A stretch of DNA of 64,000 nucleotides from positions 672,001 through 736,000 of the forward strand of contig OZ251992.1 in assembly GCA_965246885.1 (NCBI GenBank), read 5' to 3'. The number at the start of each line of letters is the position of its first letter. Positions within the stretch are counted from its first letter, which is position 1. Below are positions 46,781-56,195 of this stretch, piece after piece. Source of the DNA: Abditibacterium sp. (lineage in GTDB: Bacteria > Armatimonadota > Abditibacteriia > Abditibacteriales > Abditibacteriaceae). Both the position numbers and the translations under genes were made by a program. The notes under the pieces are model-generated. The model did no database searches. It was not told where the DNA came from and saw nothing but the letters and a program-made list of their open reading frames with translations.

Positions 46781-47035
46781 CCGACCACGACGCCGTGCCT
46801 TTTGGCATTGGCGAAGGGTGCCACTCATCTCGATAGTGGCGCGCATGGTTGGCAGATGGGCGGCGAGTCGGGCGGGGAACGAAGCATCCGCGCGCGCGGG
46901 CAGTATGGGTTTCGACATCCGAGGCGGCACCCTCAAACGAGGAGGAGCCATTGCCCCCGACCCGAACCCGGCCCGATACCGAGTGACGCGCGCTTTCCCA
47001 AGCCTTCGTCCTCCCATGCGGCGCCGGGTTTTTTT
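46781..47035 (+). ncRNA. Candidate structured RNA / long 5' leader (no family recognised)
   Basis: Several nested stems found by eye, ending in a T7 tract; no convincing ORF. Confidence 0.3.
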
Positions 47036-47070
47036 GTTGGTTTTTCTTCGGCCATCGGGGGAGAGATGCC

Positions 47071-47811
47071 ATGACGCAGCCGAACCAACGCGCGGCGGCG
47101 GCGCGGCCCCTCGACCTGAAGGAAGAATACGAAGCGCAGCGTCGGAGCGAGCGGGCGGGCGTGTTCGTGTTGGCCGCGCGGCGCGCGCTTCAACGCGGCG
47201 AACTGGAGGAAGCCAAAGTTCAACTCAAGCAAGCCTTCGCCGTCAACCCCGGCGACGAAAAAGCGGTGGACGTGTTTGGCGACCTCTACCTCGCCGAAGG
47301 CGAAACCGAAAAGGCGCTGGAACTGTTCGAGAAAGCGTTCGCGCGCTTTCCGGGCAACGCCAGCTTCGAGGAGCGCGCCGCGCTGTGCCGCCTCGATTTG
47401 GCCGAAATGGAAGCCGACAAAGTCGTGGCTCCTCTGCTGGTCGAAACGGGCGACAAAGGGAAAATCTTCGAGCGGTCGCCGCAAAAGGCACTTTCCCTGT
47501 CGGTGCTCCTGCCGGGGGCGGGGCAGTTCTACAACGAGGAGAACGAGAAAGGAGCCGCGCTGTTGGGCGCCTATTTACTCTCGTCGGTGTGCTGGTTTTA
47601 CCCGTTGTTTACCCAACTGTCGAACCAGACGCTCCACGATCGCTTGAACTTCGGCATGGCGATGGCGAACCTGAGCGGCTTGGGCGCGCTGATGTTCAAA
47701 GCCGGGACGGTGGTCAGCACCGTCGTTTACATCTACGCACTGTGGGACGCGAAAACCGCCGCCGACAAGTGGAACAAAGAGCGCCGCAAGGCGCTGGGGT
47801 TGGAAAAGTAA
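47071..47811 (+). CDS. TPR protein with C-terminal membrane domain (DUF5683-like)
   Basis: Two or three TPRs; KALSLSVLLPGAGQFYN; TM helices. Confidence 0.8.
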   Translation: MTQPNQRAAAARPLDLKEEYEAQRRSERAGVFVLAARRALQRGELEEAKVQLKQAFAVNPGDEKAVDVFGDLYLAEGETEKALELFEKAFARFPGNASFEERAALCRLDLAEMEADKVVAPLLVETGDKGKIFERSPQKALSLSVLLPGAGQFYNEENEKGAALLGAYLLSSVCWFYPLFTQLSNQTLHDRLNFGMAMANLSGLGALMFKAGTVVSTVVYIYALWDAKTAADKWNKERRKALGLEK

Positions 47812-47841
47812 GGAGAAACGCAGAAAGGAGAACTTGCAATT

Positions 47842-48483
47842 ATGGCACGTAATTCCAAAACGAAGCACCCGCCTTCTTCGGAGGCCCACAGGCGCAAGGG
47901 CGCCATTCAAACCGCGCGCGGCGACGGCGCCGCCTCCTCGCTCGACAGCGCACCGACGCAGTTGCCGGGAGTTTTGGTCCTGAACCAGAACTTCGAGCCG
48001 CTCAACATCTGCTCGCTCCATCGCGGCATCGCGCTCCTTTTGCTCGACAAAGCCGAAGTGCTGCGCTTTTCCGAGCAAACGCTGCGCTCCGCCGACGAGG
48101 AGCATCTCGTGCCGTCCGTCCTGCGCCTCCATTCCGGCGTGCGCCGCCCGACGCCGGAGCTTAAAATCTCGCGCAAAAGCGTTCTCGCCCGCGACAGCTA
48201 CACCTGCGTCTACTGCGGCTCGCGCGAGTCGCTCACGCTCGACCACGTCTTCCCGCGCTGTCGCGGCGGCGAAACGACGTGGGAAAACGTCGTCTGCTCG
48301 TGCCTCAAGTGCAACAACAAAAAAGGCAACCGCACCCCCTCCGAGTGCGGCCTGCGCTTGCCGCACCCCCCGCGCAAACCGCGCTACGTCCCCTACATCT
48401 CCTTCCCCCGCTTCGTTTCAGCCGTCCGCCGCGACGAATGGCGCGAGTTTTTGGAGGGGTACGGGAAGGGATTAGAAAGCTAA
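47842..48483 (+). CDS. HNH endonuclease (McrA-like)
   Basis: VLVLNQNFEPLNI, RDSYTCVYCG, TLDHVFPRCRGG, WENVVCSCLKCNNKKG. Confidence 0.92.
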   Translation: MARNSKTKHPPSSEAHRRKGAIQTARGDGAASSLDSAPTQLPGVLVLNQNFEPLNICSLHRGIALLLLDKAEVLRFSEQTLRSADEEHLVPSVLRLHSGVRRPTPELKISRKSVLARDSYTCVYCGSRESLTLDHVFPRCRGGETTWENVVCSCLKCNNKKGNRTPSECGLRLPHPPRKPRYVPYISFPRFVSAVRRDEWREFLEGYGKGLES

Positions 48484-48514
48484 GCTGTGAGCGGCCCCGC
48501 TTCCTTGGGGCCGC

Positions 48515-49534
48515 TCATCCCCCCGCCAGCCGCCTTCCTATTTCTTCTGGCGAGCAGGTAAACTGGGCGGCGCCCAGTTCGATGGCGACGCGGGGCATGC
48601 CAAACACGACGCAGGAGGCTTCGTCTTGCGCGAAGGTTTCGCCGCGCGCTTGGCGCACCCGTAGGAGGCCGCTTGCGCCATCGCTTCCCATGCCCGTCAA
48701 TAGAATCGCCGTTGCGCGCGAGCCATACGCGCGGGCGACGGAGTCGAACAGCACTGTGACCGACGGGCGATGGCCGTCGCGCGGCGGGGTTGTGGACAAG
48801 CACACGCGGCCTCCGGCGGTGACTTCCAGATGATGGTCTTCCGGCGGGAATAGCGCCGTCCCGATGGGCGCGATCTCGCCGTCGCGGGCCAGCCTTACGC
48901 GCACGCGGCAACCCTCATCCAACCACGTCACCAACCCCGCCAAGAACCCCTTCGCCACGTGTTGTACGCATACCACTGGAACTGGAAAGTCGGCGGGAAG
49001 CGCGGAAAGGATGGTCAGCAGCGCGCCGGGGCCACCCGTTGATGCGCCAATGGCGACGACCCCACGCGGCGCGCCAAGCGGTGTCGCGTTGGGAAGCGGC
49101 GCAGGCGCGGCGAGCAGGGGCGGCGTCCAGACGCCGCGCCGCCCAATCACCGGCACGCGCGCCAGCATCCGTAAGCGGGCGACGAAGGCCGGGGCTTGGG
49201 TGGGGAGCGTCGGGCGCTCGATGCAATCCAGCGCGCCCGCATCCAACGCCGCGCGGCGGGCGGCGTCATCGGGAGATGGACAAAACAGCAGAATCGGGCA
49301 GGGCAGGGCGCGCATAATTTGGCGCGTGAGTTCCAGCCCGTCCACAAGCGGAAGCGCAGCGTCGGCGCACACCAAGTCCGGGCAGGCGGCGGGCAACATC
49401 GCTATGGCTTCGCGTCCATGCGCGGCCACGCCCACCACCTCAATGTCCGGCGTGCCCGCCAACAGCCGCTCCAAAGCGCGGCCCGCCAAGGGAGAGGCGA
49501 CCACGAGCAACACGCGCACGCGCGCGCCCGTCAC
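48515..49534 (-). CDS. cheB: Chemotaxis methylesterase CheB (degenerate receiver domain)
   Basis: GASTGGP, VQH, RPSV, LTGMGSDGA, QDEASCVVFGMP. Confidence 0.92.
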   Translation of the reverse strand: MTGARVRVLLVVASPLAGRALERLLAGTPDIEVVGVAAHGREAIAMLPAACPDLVCADAALPLVDGLELTRQIMRALPCPILLFCPSPDDAARRAALDAGALDCIERPTLPTQAPAFVARLRMLARVPVIGRRGVWTPPLLAAPAPLPNATPLGAPRGVVAIGASTGGPGALLTILSALPADFPVPVVCVQHVAKGFLAGLVTWLDEGCRVRVRLARDGEIAPIGTALFPPEDHHLEVTAGGRVCLSTTPPRDGHRPSVTVLFDSVARAYGSRATAILLTGMGSDGASGLLRVRQARGETFAQDEASCVVFGMPRVAIELGAAQFTCSPEEIGRRLAGG

Positions 49535-51783
49535 GCCAACCTCCGCAACGCCTCGACCAGCGCGTTCCCGTCAAAGGCGCTTTTGATGATGTAAGCATCC
49601 GCGCCCGCTTCCGCGCCGCGCAAGCGGTCTGCCTCCGAACCCAGCGACGTTACGAGCAGAACCGGCATCTCCGCGTATTGGGCCTCCTCCCGTATCCGCG
49701 CGGTCAGCGCCAAGCCGTTCAAGCGCGGCATCTCGATGTCGGAAACGACCGCGTCAAAACTCCCCGCCGCCAACTTCTCCCAGCCGTCGAGACCGTCAAC
49801 GGCGACCGTGACGTCATACCCCGCCGCTTCCAGAATCCGCTTTTCTTGCGTGCGCACCGTAATGGAGTCCTCGACGAGCAACACGCTTTTGGGGCGCGGC
49901 GCGTCGGGCGCGGGGATGGGCTGAGGCGCGCTCCCCCGTGTCGCGCGGTGCAGGAGTTCGGCGGCATCGAGCACGAGGCACACCTCGCCGTCTTGCAGAA
50001 TCGTCGCACCCGCGACGTGCGGCACCCGGTCGGCAAGCGCGCCGAGTGGCTTGAGGATGATTTCCTGCTCCTCTAACAGGGCATCCAATATCAACCCCGC
50101 GCGCTCCTGCCCCACTTCTAAGACCACGCACGGCGCGGCGCCTTGCGGCTGCGATGGCAAACCGAGCACGTCCGATAAGCGCGCGAGCGATGTCGGCGCG
50201 CCGTTCCACAAGACCGTGTCGCGCCCGCCAAACGGAAACACATCTTCCGGCGCCAAACGAAACAGGCCGCGCACCGCCTCAATGGGTAGGCCGAAGGTTT
50301 GCCCCGCTCCGGCGCGCACCAGCAGCACCCGCGTCGTTGCCAGAGTGACCGGCAAGGACAGCCGAAACAGGCAGCCGCGCCCCGGATGGGACTCGACTTC
50401 CACCGTTCCGCGCAAGCGCGCCACCCCTGCGCGCACGATGTCCAACCCCACGCCGCGCCCCGATAGCTCCGACACTTCCGCGCGCGTCGAAAAGCCGGGA
50501 GCGAAGATTAGCTCGATGATCTCGCGCGTGGTCAGGGCGTCGAGTTCCGCTTCGCTTCGCAGCCCTTTACGCGCCGCCGAAGCGCGAATCGCCGCCGCGT
50601 TGAGGCCGCGCCCGTCGTCTTCGACTTCGACCACAATGCGCTGCGCCGTGCTGTATCCGCGCAGTCGCAGCGTCGCCGTTTCGGGTTTGCCGGTGTGGGC
50701 GCGCTCTTCGGGCGATTCCAAACCGTGATCAACCGCGTTGCGAATCAGGTGCATGAGCGGGTCTTTAAGGGCTTCCAGTATCCGCTTGTCGGCGTGCGTG
50801 TCGCCGCCTTCGACTTCGAGGCGCACCGCTTTATTAGCCGTGCGCCCCAAATCGCGCACGGTGCGCGGAAACAGGCCAAAGAGCGTGGCCAAGGGCAAGA
50901 GGCGCACGCCGCGAATGGCGGCTTCCATCTGCCCGACGACAGTCGCCATTCTGTCCAAGTCGCCGCCCGCGATGCCCAAACGCCCCAACGCGCCGTCCAA
51001 TTGTTCGAGCCGCTCGCTTTGCGCTTGCACCAACCGCTCCAATTCGCGGAGCGCCCGCGCGTCGCCGGGAGCGTCGGGCGTGCTCATCAGTTCGCGCAGC
51101 GTGCGTTTGGCCGCCGAGGTCGCGCGTCCCCACTCGTCGCGCAACTCTTCGAGCGCCACCAGTTCGCCGCGCCCGCGCACCGCGCGCGACGTGGACACCA
51201 CCAGTTCGCCCGCCATCGAAAGCAGTCCGTCCAACTTCGCGGGGTCAACGCGCATCGTTTCGATGCTCCAGCCCGCGTCCGCCGCCTTCCCGCTCGCAGT
51301 GGCGGACGGCGGCGGAGCGATGGCAGACGTCTGGGGTTCGGCGACAGAGGTTTGGGGTTCAGTGACAGACGTCTGGGGTTCGGCGACAGACGGCGGTGGC
51401 GGAGCGGCGGACGTTTCTCGAAGCGAGCCGAGCAGCGCTGGAACATCCACCGACGCCGGTTGGTCGCCCAGCGCCTGCGCCACCAAAGCGCGCATGCCGT
51501 CCAAGGCGCCGAGCAACCGCTCGACGCTGCCCACCGCCAGAAAACTCTGTCCGCGCGCCGCCGCGCCGAGGGCGTCCTCGAAGCCGTGCGCAAGCGTTTC
51601 CACTTCGCTTAGACCCAACATCCGCGCCGCGCCCTTGAGCGAGTGCGCATGCCGAAAGACATCCGCGAGCGTCGCATTATCCTGCGGGTCGCTTTCCAGA
51701 CGCAACAACCCCTCGTCGAGGTGCTGCAAATGCTCCTCGCTTTCGGCGCCAAATAAAGCGCGCAGTTCGCGGTCGAGAATCAT
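49531..51783 (-). CDS. cheA: Hybrid CheA (Hpt-dimer-HATPase-CheW-REC)
   Basis: FRHAHSLKGAA, HLIRNAVDHG, EDDGRG, FAPGFST, SGRGVGLD, C-terminal REC (VEDS, SDIEMP). Confidence 0.93.
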   Translation of the reverse strand: MILDRELRALFGAESEEHLQHLDEGLLRLESDPQDNATLADVFRHAHSLKGAARMLGLSEVETLAHGFEDALGAAARGQSFLAVGSVERLLGALDGMRALVAQALGDQPASVDVPALLGSLRETSAAPPPPSVAEPQTSVTEPQTSVAEPQTSAIAPPPSATASGKAADAGWSIETMRVDPAKLDGLLSMAGELVVSTSRAVRGRGELVALEELRDEWGRATSAAKRTLRELMSTPDAPGDARALRELERLVQAQSERLEQLDGALGRLGIAGGDLDRMATVVGQMEAAIRGVRLLPLATLFGLFPRTVRDLGRTANKAVRLEVEGGDTHADKRILEALKDPLMHLIRNAVDHGLESPEERAHTGKPETATLRLRGYSTAQRIVVEVEDDGRGLNAAAIRASAARKGLRSEAELDALTTREIIELIFAPGFSTRAEVSELSGRGVGLDIVRAGVARLRGTVEVESHPGRGCLFRLSLPVTLATTRVLLVRAGAGQTFGLPIEAVRGLFRLAPEDVFPFGGRDTVLWNGAPTSLARLSDVLGLPSQPQGAAPCVVLEVGQERAGLILDALLEEQEIILKPLGALADRVPHVAGATILQDGEVCLVLDAAELLHRATRGSAPQPIPAPDAPRPKSVLLVEDSITVRTQEKRILEAAGYDVTVAVDGLDGWEKLAAGSFDAVVSDIEMPRLNGLALTARIREEAQYAEMPVLLVTSLGSEADRLRGAEAGADAYIIKSAFDGNALVEALRRLA

Positions 51784-51793
51784 GGGACGAATA

Positions 51794-51864
51794 AGAAGTT
51801 GGATGCCAGAGGTTAGAGGTTAGATTGCGTGATTCTAACCTCTAACCTCCGACTTCTGTCCTCT
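51794..51864. repeat. Heptamer-repeat palindrome
   Basis: AGAAGTT GGATGCC AGAGGTT AGAGGTT AGA ... TCT AACCTCT AACCTCC GACTTCT GTCCTCT. Confidence 0.8.
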
Positions 51865-51868
51865 GGAG

Positions 51869-53362
51869 CTAAACCATCGCTTGCAATTGACTCGCGGCGT
51901 CGCGCAGGTGGCGCACGCTTTCCTTGGTTTGGCCCAGTCCGTCGGCGGTTTCTTTGGCGCCGCGATTGATGGACTCCATCGCTATCAGCACTTGCTTGAC
52001 CGCCGCGACCTGTTGCGGGACAGCGAGCAGAGTTTGCTGGGCCGCTTCGCTCGCGGTGTTGGAATCGCGCACGATGCCGCCAAAGGAGTGCGCGGTCGCT
52101 TCAGCCAAGCGGATGTCGGCTTCGACGGCTTTGGCGCCCGCTTCGGTCGCCATCACGGTCGAATCGGTGGAACGCTTGATTTCCTCGACGAGGGCACCGA
52201 TGCGCTCGGCGCTCCGCTTGCTTTCGTCGGCCAACTTGCGGATTTCGGCGGCCACCACGCCAAAACCTTTGCCGTGCTCGCCTGCGCGGGCGGCTTCGAC
52301 GGCGGCGTTGAGGGCGAGCATATTGGTTTGGTTGGCCAAATCGCCGACGGCGCGGGTGATGGCGCCGATCTGCCCGGTTTGTTCGGACAAATTGGCGATT
52401 TGCTCGGACACGGTGCTGACTTTGGTTTTGAGGGCGCGCATGCCGTCGAGCGTTTGGCGAACCGTGTCCAGCCCTCCTTCGGCACTCGTGGCGGCTTGTT
52501 GGGCGGTTTGGGCGGCAGTTTTAACCATCTCGGCGGTCTGGTGGAACGAGGCGTCCAGTTCGTCCATCGTCGTGGTAGTCTGGTGGACGGCGGCGCTTTG
52601 ACCTACTGCCGTGCGCTCGTGTTGCTCGACCGTCGCCGCCATTTGCGCGGACGTGGTCGAAAGCGCGTTGACCGTGCCGTTGAGTGCGCCAGCAATGGAG
52701 CGGCCCAACAGGGTGCCCAACCCCAGTCCGATGGGGCCGACGAGCGCAAGCGCGAGTAGCGTCAGCCAAAGAGTGCGCGAGGCAATGGCATTGCGCGCTT
52801 CGTCCTCGACGTGGATATTATAGGTGTTGGCGCTTTGAACGACGTGGTCAATGGCGGCGCGGTGGCGCTCGTAGGAGCTTTGCAACGGCCCGCTCACCAA
52901 CTGCCGTGCGCGCGCATAATTGCCGCTTTGCACGGCAGGCAGAAGCTCGCGGTCACGCACGTCGAAGAACTCTTGCGCGGGGCCGTACGATTCTTCGAGG
53001 AGCGCCCGCGCCATCGGCGTGTCCCGCACCAATTCGTTCTTGCGCCAGAATTCGTGGCGCGCGTTGTAATCGTCGTGCAGCGATTTGGCGCGCTTTTGAA
53101 GGTCGGGCAGTTGCGCGCGGTTGGACGGCTCGGCCATCTGGAGCGTCACCAGATACGACTCCAAGATGTATTCGGGCGGTGGGAGCACGTCCGCGATGAT
53201 GTCTTTGCCCGCCACGATCCGTTGGTAGTACGGCCCGTTCACCTTGAGCGCGCCCAGCGTCGAGAACGCCACCGCCGCGAAGAGGGCCAAGCCCGCCACA
53301 AACGCCCCGACGAGGAGCGCGAGTTTGCCTTTCACCGTCCAATGCTTAAATGAAGTCAACAT
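51869..53362 (-). CDS. Methyl-accepting chemotaxis protein
   Basis: Two TM helices, periplasmic [13 protein letters not shown] domain, [27 protein letters not shown]. Confidence 0.95.
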   Translation of the reverse strand: MLTSFKHWTVKGKLALLVGAFVAGLALFAAVAFSTLGALKVNGPYYQRIVAGKDIIADVLPPPEYILESYLVTLQMAEPSNRAQLPDLQKRAKSLHDDYNARHEFWRKNELVRDTPMARALLEESYGPAQEFFDVRDRELLPAVQSGNYARARQLVSGPLQSSYERHRAAIDHVVQSANTYNIHVEDEARNAIASRTLWLTLLALALVGPIGLGLGTLLGRSIAGALNGTVNALSTTSAQMAATVEQHERTAVGQSAAVHQTTTTMDELDASFHQTAEMVKTAAQTAQQAATSAEGGLDTVRQTLDGMRALKTKVSTVSEQIANLSEQTGQIGAITRAVGDLANQTNMLALNAAVEAARAGEHGKGFGVVAAEIRKLADESKRSAERIGALVEEIKRSTDSTVMATEAGAKAVEADIRLAEATAHSFGGIVRDSNTASEAAQQTLLAVPQQVAAVKQVLIAMESINRGAKETADGLGQTKESVRHLRDAASQLQAMV

Positions 53363-53427
53363 GCTGTTCTCCTCGCTAACAAGGTGTTGGCCAATTCGGT
53401 AGGTTTAAGGGTTGTTCTTGGAGGGTG

Positions 53428-53667
53428 TTAATAAACGCATCCCTCTTCAAGGGGCCAAGGCGGGTCGCAGTGCAGCAGTTGGCCCCCGAACATATTGGCG
53501 AGCGCGCGAGCGCGTGTTTCTTCGGGATGAGGGTCACTTGTTGGAATGTCGGGTATGTCACGCGCCCCGTTGAGGCAGCGCGCGACGTGTTCGTTCGCGC
53601 ACTCCCACTCGCCCGTCTCGTCGTCGGAGATAGCGACCCATTTGCCGATACGGATGATGGCGCTCAT
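53428..53667 (-). CDS. Small hypothetical protein inside the chemosensory operon
   Basis: 79-aa ORF, AAGGAAG upstream, fills the cheW-mcp gap. Confidence 0.55.
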   Translation of the reverse strand: MSAIIRIGKWVAISDDETGEWECANEHVARCLNGARDIPDIPTSDPHPEETRARALANMFGGQLLHCDPPWPLEEGCVY

Positions 53668-53700
53668 GGTTTCTGCTCGGCGCTTCCTTTAAGTAAGTGT

Positions 53701-54753
53701 TTACGTCGCAACCGCCGCTCCGCCCCAACCCGCGCGCGCCAAGAGGGGCGCCAAGTCGAGAATGGCGAGGGTTTGGCCGCCGTAAGATGCGGCGGCGCGC
53801 ACGCTTTCTCCGCCCGCGTTAGCGCCCGATGGTGCCGCCATCAGTTCGCTCGCCGGGGGCGACCACACGCCGAGCACGTCTTCGACGGCCAAGCCAAGAG
53901 GGGCGCCGCCGCTTTCGACAAAGGCGATGTGCGCACCCGCGTCGCCGCCGGTGGGAAGCCCCAAGGCACCGCGCAAATCCAGCAGGGGCACGACTTCGCC
54001 GCGCCGGTTGACGAGGCCCAGCAAGTCGGGCGGCCCGCCGGGGACGGGGGTGACGTGCGGGGTCGCCGCGAACTCGCGCACGCCCTCCAAAGGAAGACCG
54101 AACGTTTCGCCGCCCAAGCGCACCGCGACAAACGAAGTGACGCGCTCGTTGGACGGCGAGGCAGTGGTTGGCGCGCGCAAAACCCGCGCTCGCTCGCGCC
54201 AAAGGGCGCGCTCGTCGGGTGACGCGTCGGGGCAAAAGGGGCGGGCGGGCGCCGCGCCATCGGCCTCGCCACGCGCCGCGAAGCCGAGCAAAGACCCCGC
54301 ATCGAGCACGCGCACCAGTTCCCCCTCGACGCGCGCCACCCCCGCGCCCCCACCCGTCGGGGCAAGTTCGATGTCACCCGGCGCAATGGCTCGCACTTCG
54401 CGTACCCGCTCGACGATCAAGCCCAAAGCAGCGCTGTCGCTTTGGATGACGATGACGTTGTCCGTCGTTTCAAAGCGGCGCGGCGCGGCCCCGCTCACTT
54501 CTCCCAAGTCCACAACGGGCAGCAAGCGCCCGCGCACATCGAGAACCCCGACCCACCCCGGCGCTCCATCAACGGGCGTTGCTTCGGGCAAGGGCAAAAC
54601 TTCGCCGACCGCACTCGCGGGCAAGGCAGTTAGCAAACCGCGCGACTCGAACAATAAGTAAGGCGTTTCGTCGCCGCTTGGCGGGGCTATAGGCGCCGCG
54701 CGAAACGCGCTCTTAGAAGAAGGGCGCGGGTGGTTGCCATTGAGATGGTTCAT
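53701..54753 (-). CDS. cheW: Tandem double-CheW protein
   Basis: Two CheW domains (GVLDVRGRLLPVVDL; GLVNRRGEVVPLLDL); ATGA overlap with cheR. Confidence 0.9.
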   Translation of the reverse strand: MNHLNGNHPRPSSKSAFRAAPIAPPSGDETPYLLFESRGLLTALPASAVGEVLPLPEATPVDGAPGWVGVLDVRGRLLPVVDLGEVSGAAPRRFETTDNVIVIQSDSAALGLIVERVREVRAIAPGDIELAPTGGGAGVARVEGELVRVLDAGSLLGFAARGEADGAAPARPFCPDASPDERALWRERARVLRAPTTASPSNERVTSFVAVRLGGETFGLPLEGVREFAATPHVTPVPGGPPDLLGLVNRRGEVVPLLDLRGALGLPTGGDAGAHIAFVESGGAPLGLAVEDVLGVWSPPASELMAAPSGANAGGESVRAAASYGGQTLAILDLAPLLARAGWGGAAVAT

Positions 54754-56105
54754 GGTAAGGTGTGTCCCGTTGCTGGAGAAAGCAACGCTTGCAGATGGGT
54801 TTCGAGCGCGTCGTTGGCCGTGCCGCGCACCAGTTCCAGCGCGTGCGCCCATAGTTGCCGCGCCCGCGCGCCGTTGCCCTCGCGTTGATACAAGGCGCCC
54901 AATTCGGCATACGCTTCGGCTTCGGAGGGAGCGAGGTAAATCCCTTTGCGGAGCAACGTTTTCGCTTGCTCAAAGTCGGCCTGTTCAATGGCGACGCGCG
55001 CCCAGAGCAGGTGGGCGCCGACGTGCGCGGCGTCGGTTGCGAGCGCGCTTCGACAACACCGCGCTGCGTCTTCGTGCCGTCCGGCATCAGCGTGGGCGCC
55101 CGCATCGGCAAGCCATTCGTCGGCGCTCTTGCATGGGCAGGGCACCGTCGGAGTGGGGAGTTCGCGGGGCGCGGGCGCCGCTTCGATGGCGCGCGGCGCC
55201 AAGACGGGGGGCGCGGGACGCGTTGCGGCGTCCTTTTGATAAACGAGCGACTCCCGAAACAGCCGCACCCGAAGCGGCGCAGGGTTTTGATCGTGCAGTT
55301 CGGCGTGTCCAGTCAACAACAAGCCGCCCGCGCGCAACGTGCGTCCAAAGCGCGCCACCACCCCCGCGAGGGCCGCGCGGTCGAAGTAAATCAACACGTT
55401 GCGGCACACGATCAAGTCCATGTCCGTAAGGCCGCGCGCCGCGTCGGGCCAGTCGCTCGCCGCCAAGTTGCAATGCTCGAACGTCACAGCGTCGCGTAAC
55501 GCCGGAATCGGCTCGAAGCCGCCGGGCGCGGAACGGAAGAAGCGTGCCCGCGTCGTGGTTTCGACACCGCGAAACGACCACTCGCCATACACCCCGCGCC
55601 GCGCCGCTTGCAAGGCGGCGCCGTTGATGTCCGTGCCCCACACGCGCACTTTCCAACCGGGAGGCATCACCGTTTGCGCCGCCATTGCGAGCGAGTAGGC
55701 TTCTTCGCCCGTCGAACAGCCCGCGCTCCACACGCGCAACACGCGCTCGCCGACTGCACTCTTGGCGGCGATGAGTTCGGGCAGGAGCGTATCGCGCAAT
55801 AGGGCGAACTGCCCCCGGTCGCGCTCGAAGTACGATTCGCCGTTGGTTAAAAGCGGCATCAAATGCGCCCACTCAACGCTTTGCGTGTCTCCCCGTTCTA
55901 ATAAAGCGAGGTAAACACGCGCATCCATTCCCAACGCCGCGCGCCGCGCCGCCAATTGCGCCGCGAGCGCGTCTTGGTCTTTGACGCGGATGTGTAAGCC
56001 CGTGCGCGCGCTGAGCAGGGCGTGAAACTCTTCGATGAAAAAATCGCCTGACGCACCGTTTGCCGACACGAGGTTGGGCGAGGCACTTGTTTTATAGAGT
56101 GACAT
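54750..56105 (-). CDS. cheR: CheR methyltransferase with C-terminal TPR
   Basis: TNGESYFER, VWSAGCSTGEEAYS, GTDIN, DLIVCRNVLIYF, GHAE; TPR tail. Confidence 0.93.
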   Translation of the reverse strand: MSLYKTSASPNLVSANGASGDFFIEEFHALLSARTGLHIRVKDQDALAAQLAARRAALGMDARVYLALLERGDTQSVEWAHLMPLLTNGESYFERDRGQFALLRDTLLPELIAAKSAVGERVLRVWSAGCSTGEEAYSLAMAAQTVMPPGWKVRVWGTDINGAALQAARRGVYGEWSFRGVETTTRARFFRSAPGGFEPIPALRDAVTFEHCNLAASDWPDAARGLTDMDLIVCRNVLIYFDRAALAGVVARFGRTLRAGGLLLTGHAELHDQNPAPLRVRLFRESLVYQKDAATRPAPPVLAPRAIEAAPAPRELPTPTVPCPCKSADEWLADAGAHADAGRHEDAARCCRSALATDAAHVGAHLLWARVAIEQADFEQAKTLLRKGIYLAPSEAEAYAELGALYQREGNGARARQLWAHALELVRGTANDALETHLQALLSPATGHTLP

Positions 56106-56195
56106 TGTGTCAACTGGGATGAAACCGTTTGTGGCGCCTCTGCTTTGCGAGCCGACAGTGGCCCCTAAATTGAAAGCCTTGGCGCTAAAACCTTC

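Noticed and set aside
46800..46830. CIRCE-like inverted repeat
   Set aside because: Arm sequence and spacing do not fit TTAGCACTC-N9-GAGTGCTAA.
46890..46930. tmRNA-like 5' motif (GGGCAGTATGGGTTTCGAC)
   Set aside because: No matching T-arm/acceptor CCA end or tag reading frame nearby in either standard or permuted order.
46955..46985. RNase P-like GAACCCGGC
   Set aside because: The partner GAGGAAAGTCC motif is absent on both strands.
47842..48483. IscB/Cas9-like RNA-guided nuclease
   Set aside because: Only 213 aa with no RuvC motifs or PLMP N-terminus; it is an ordinary McrA-like HNH.
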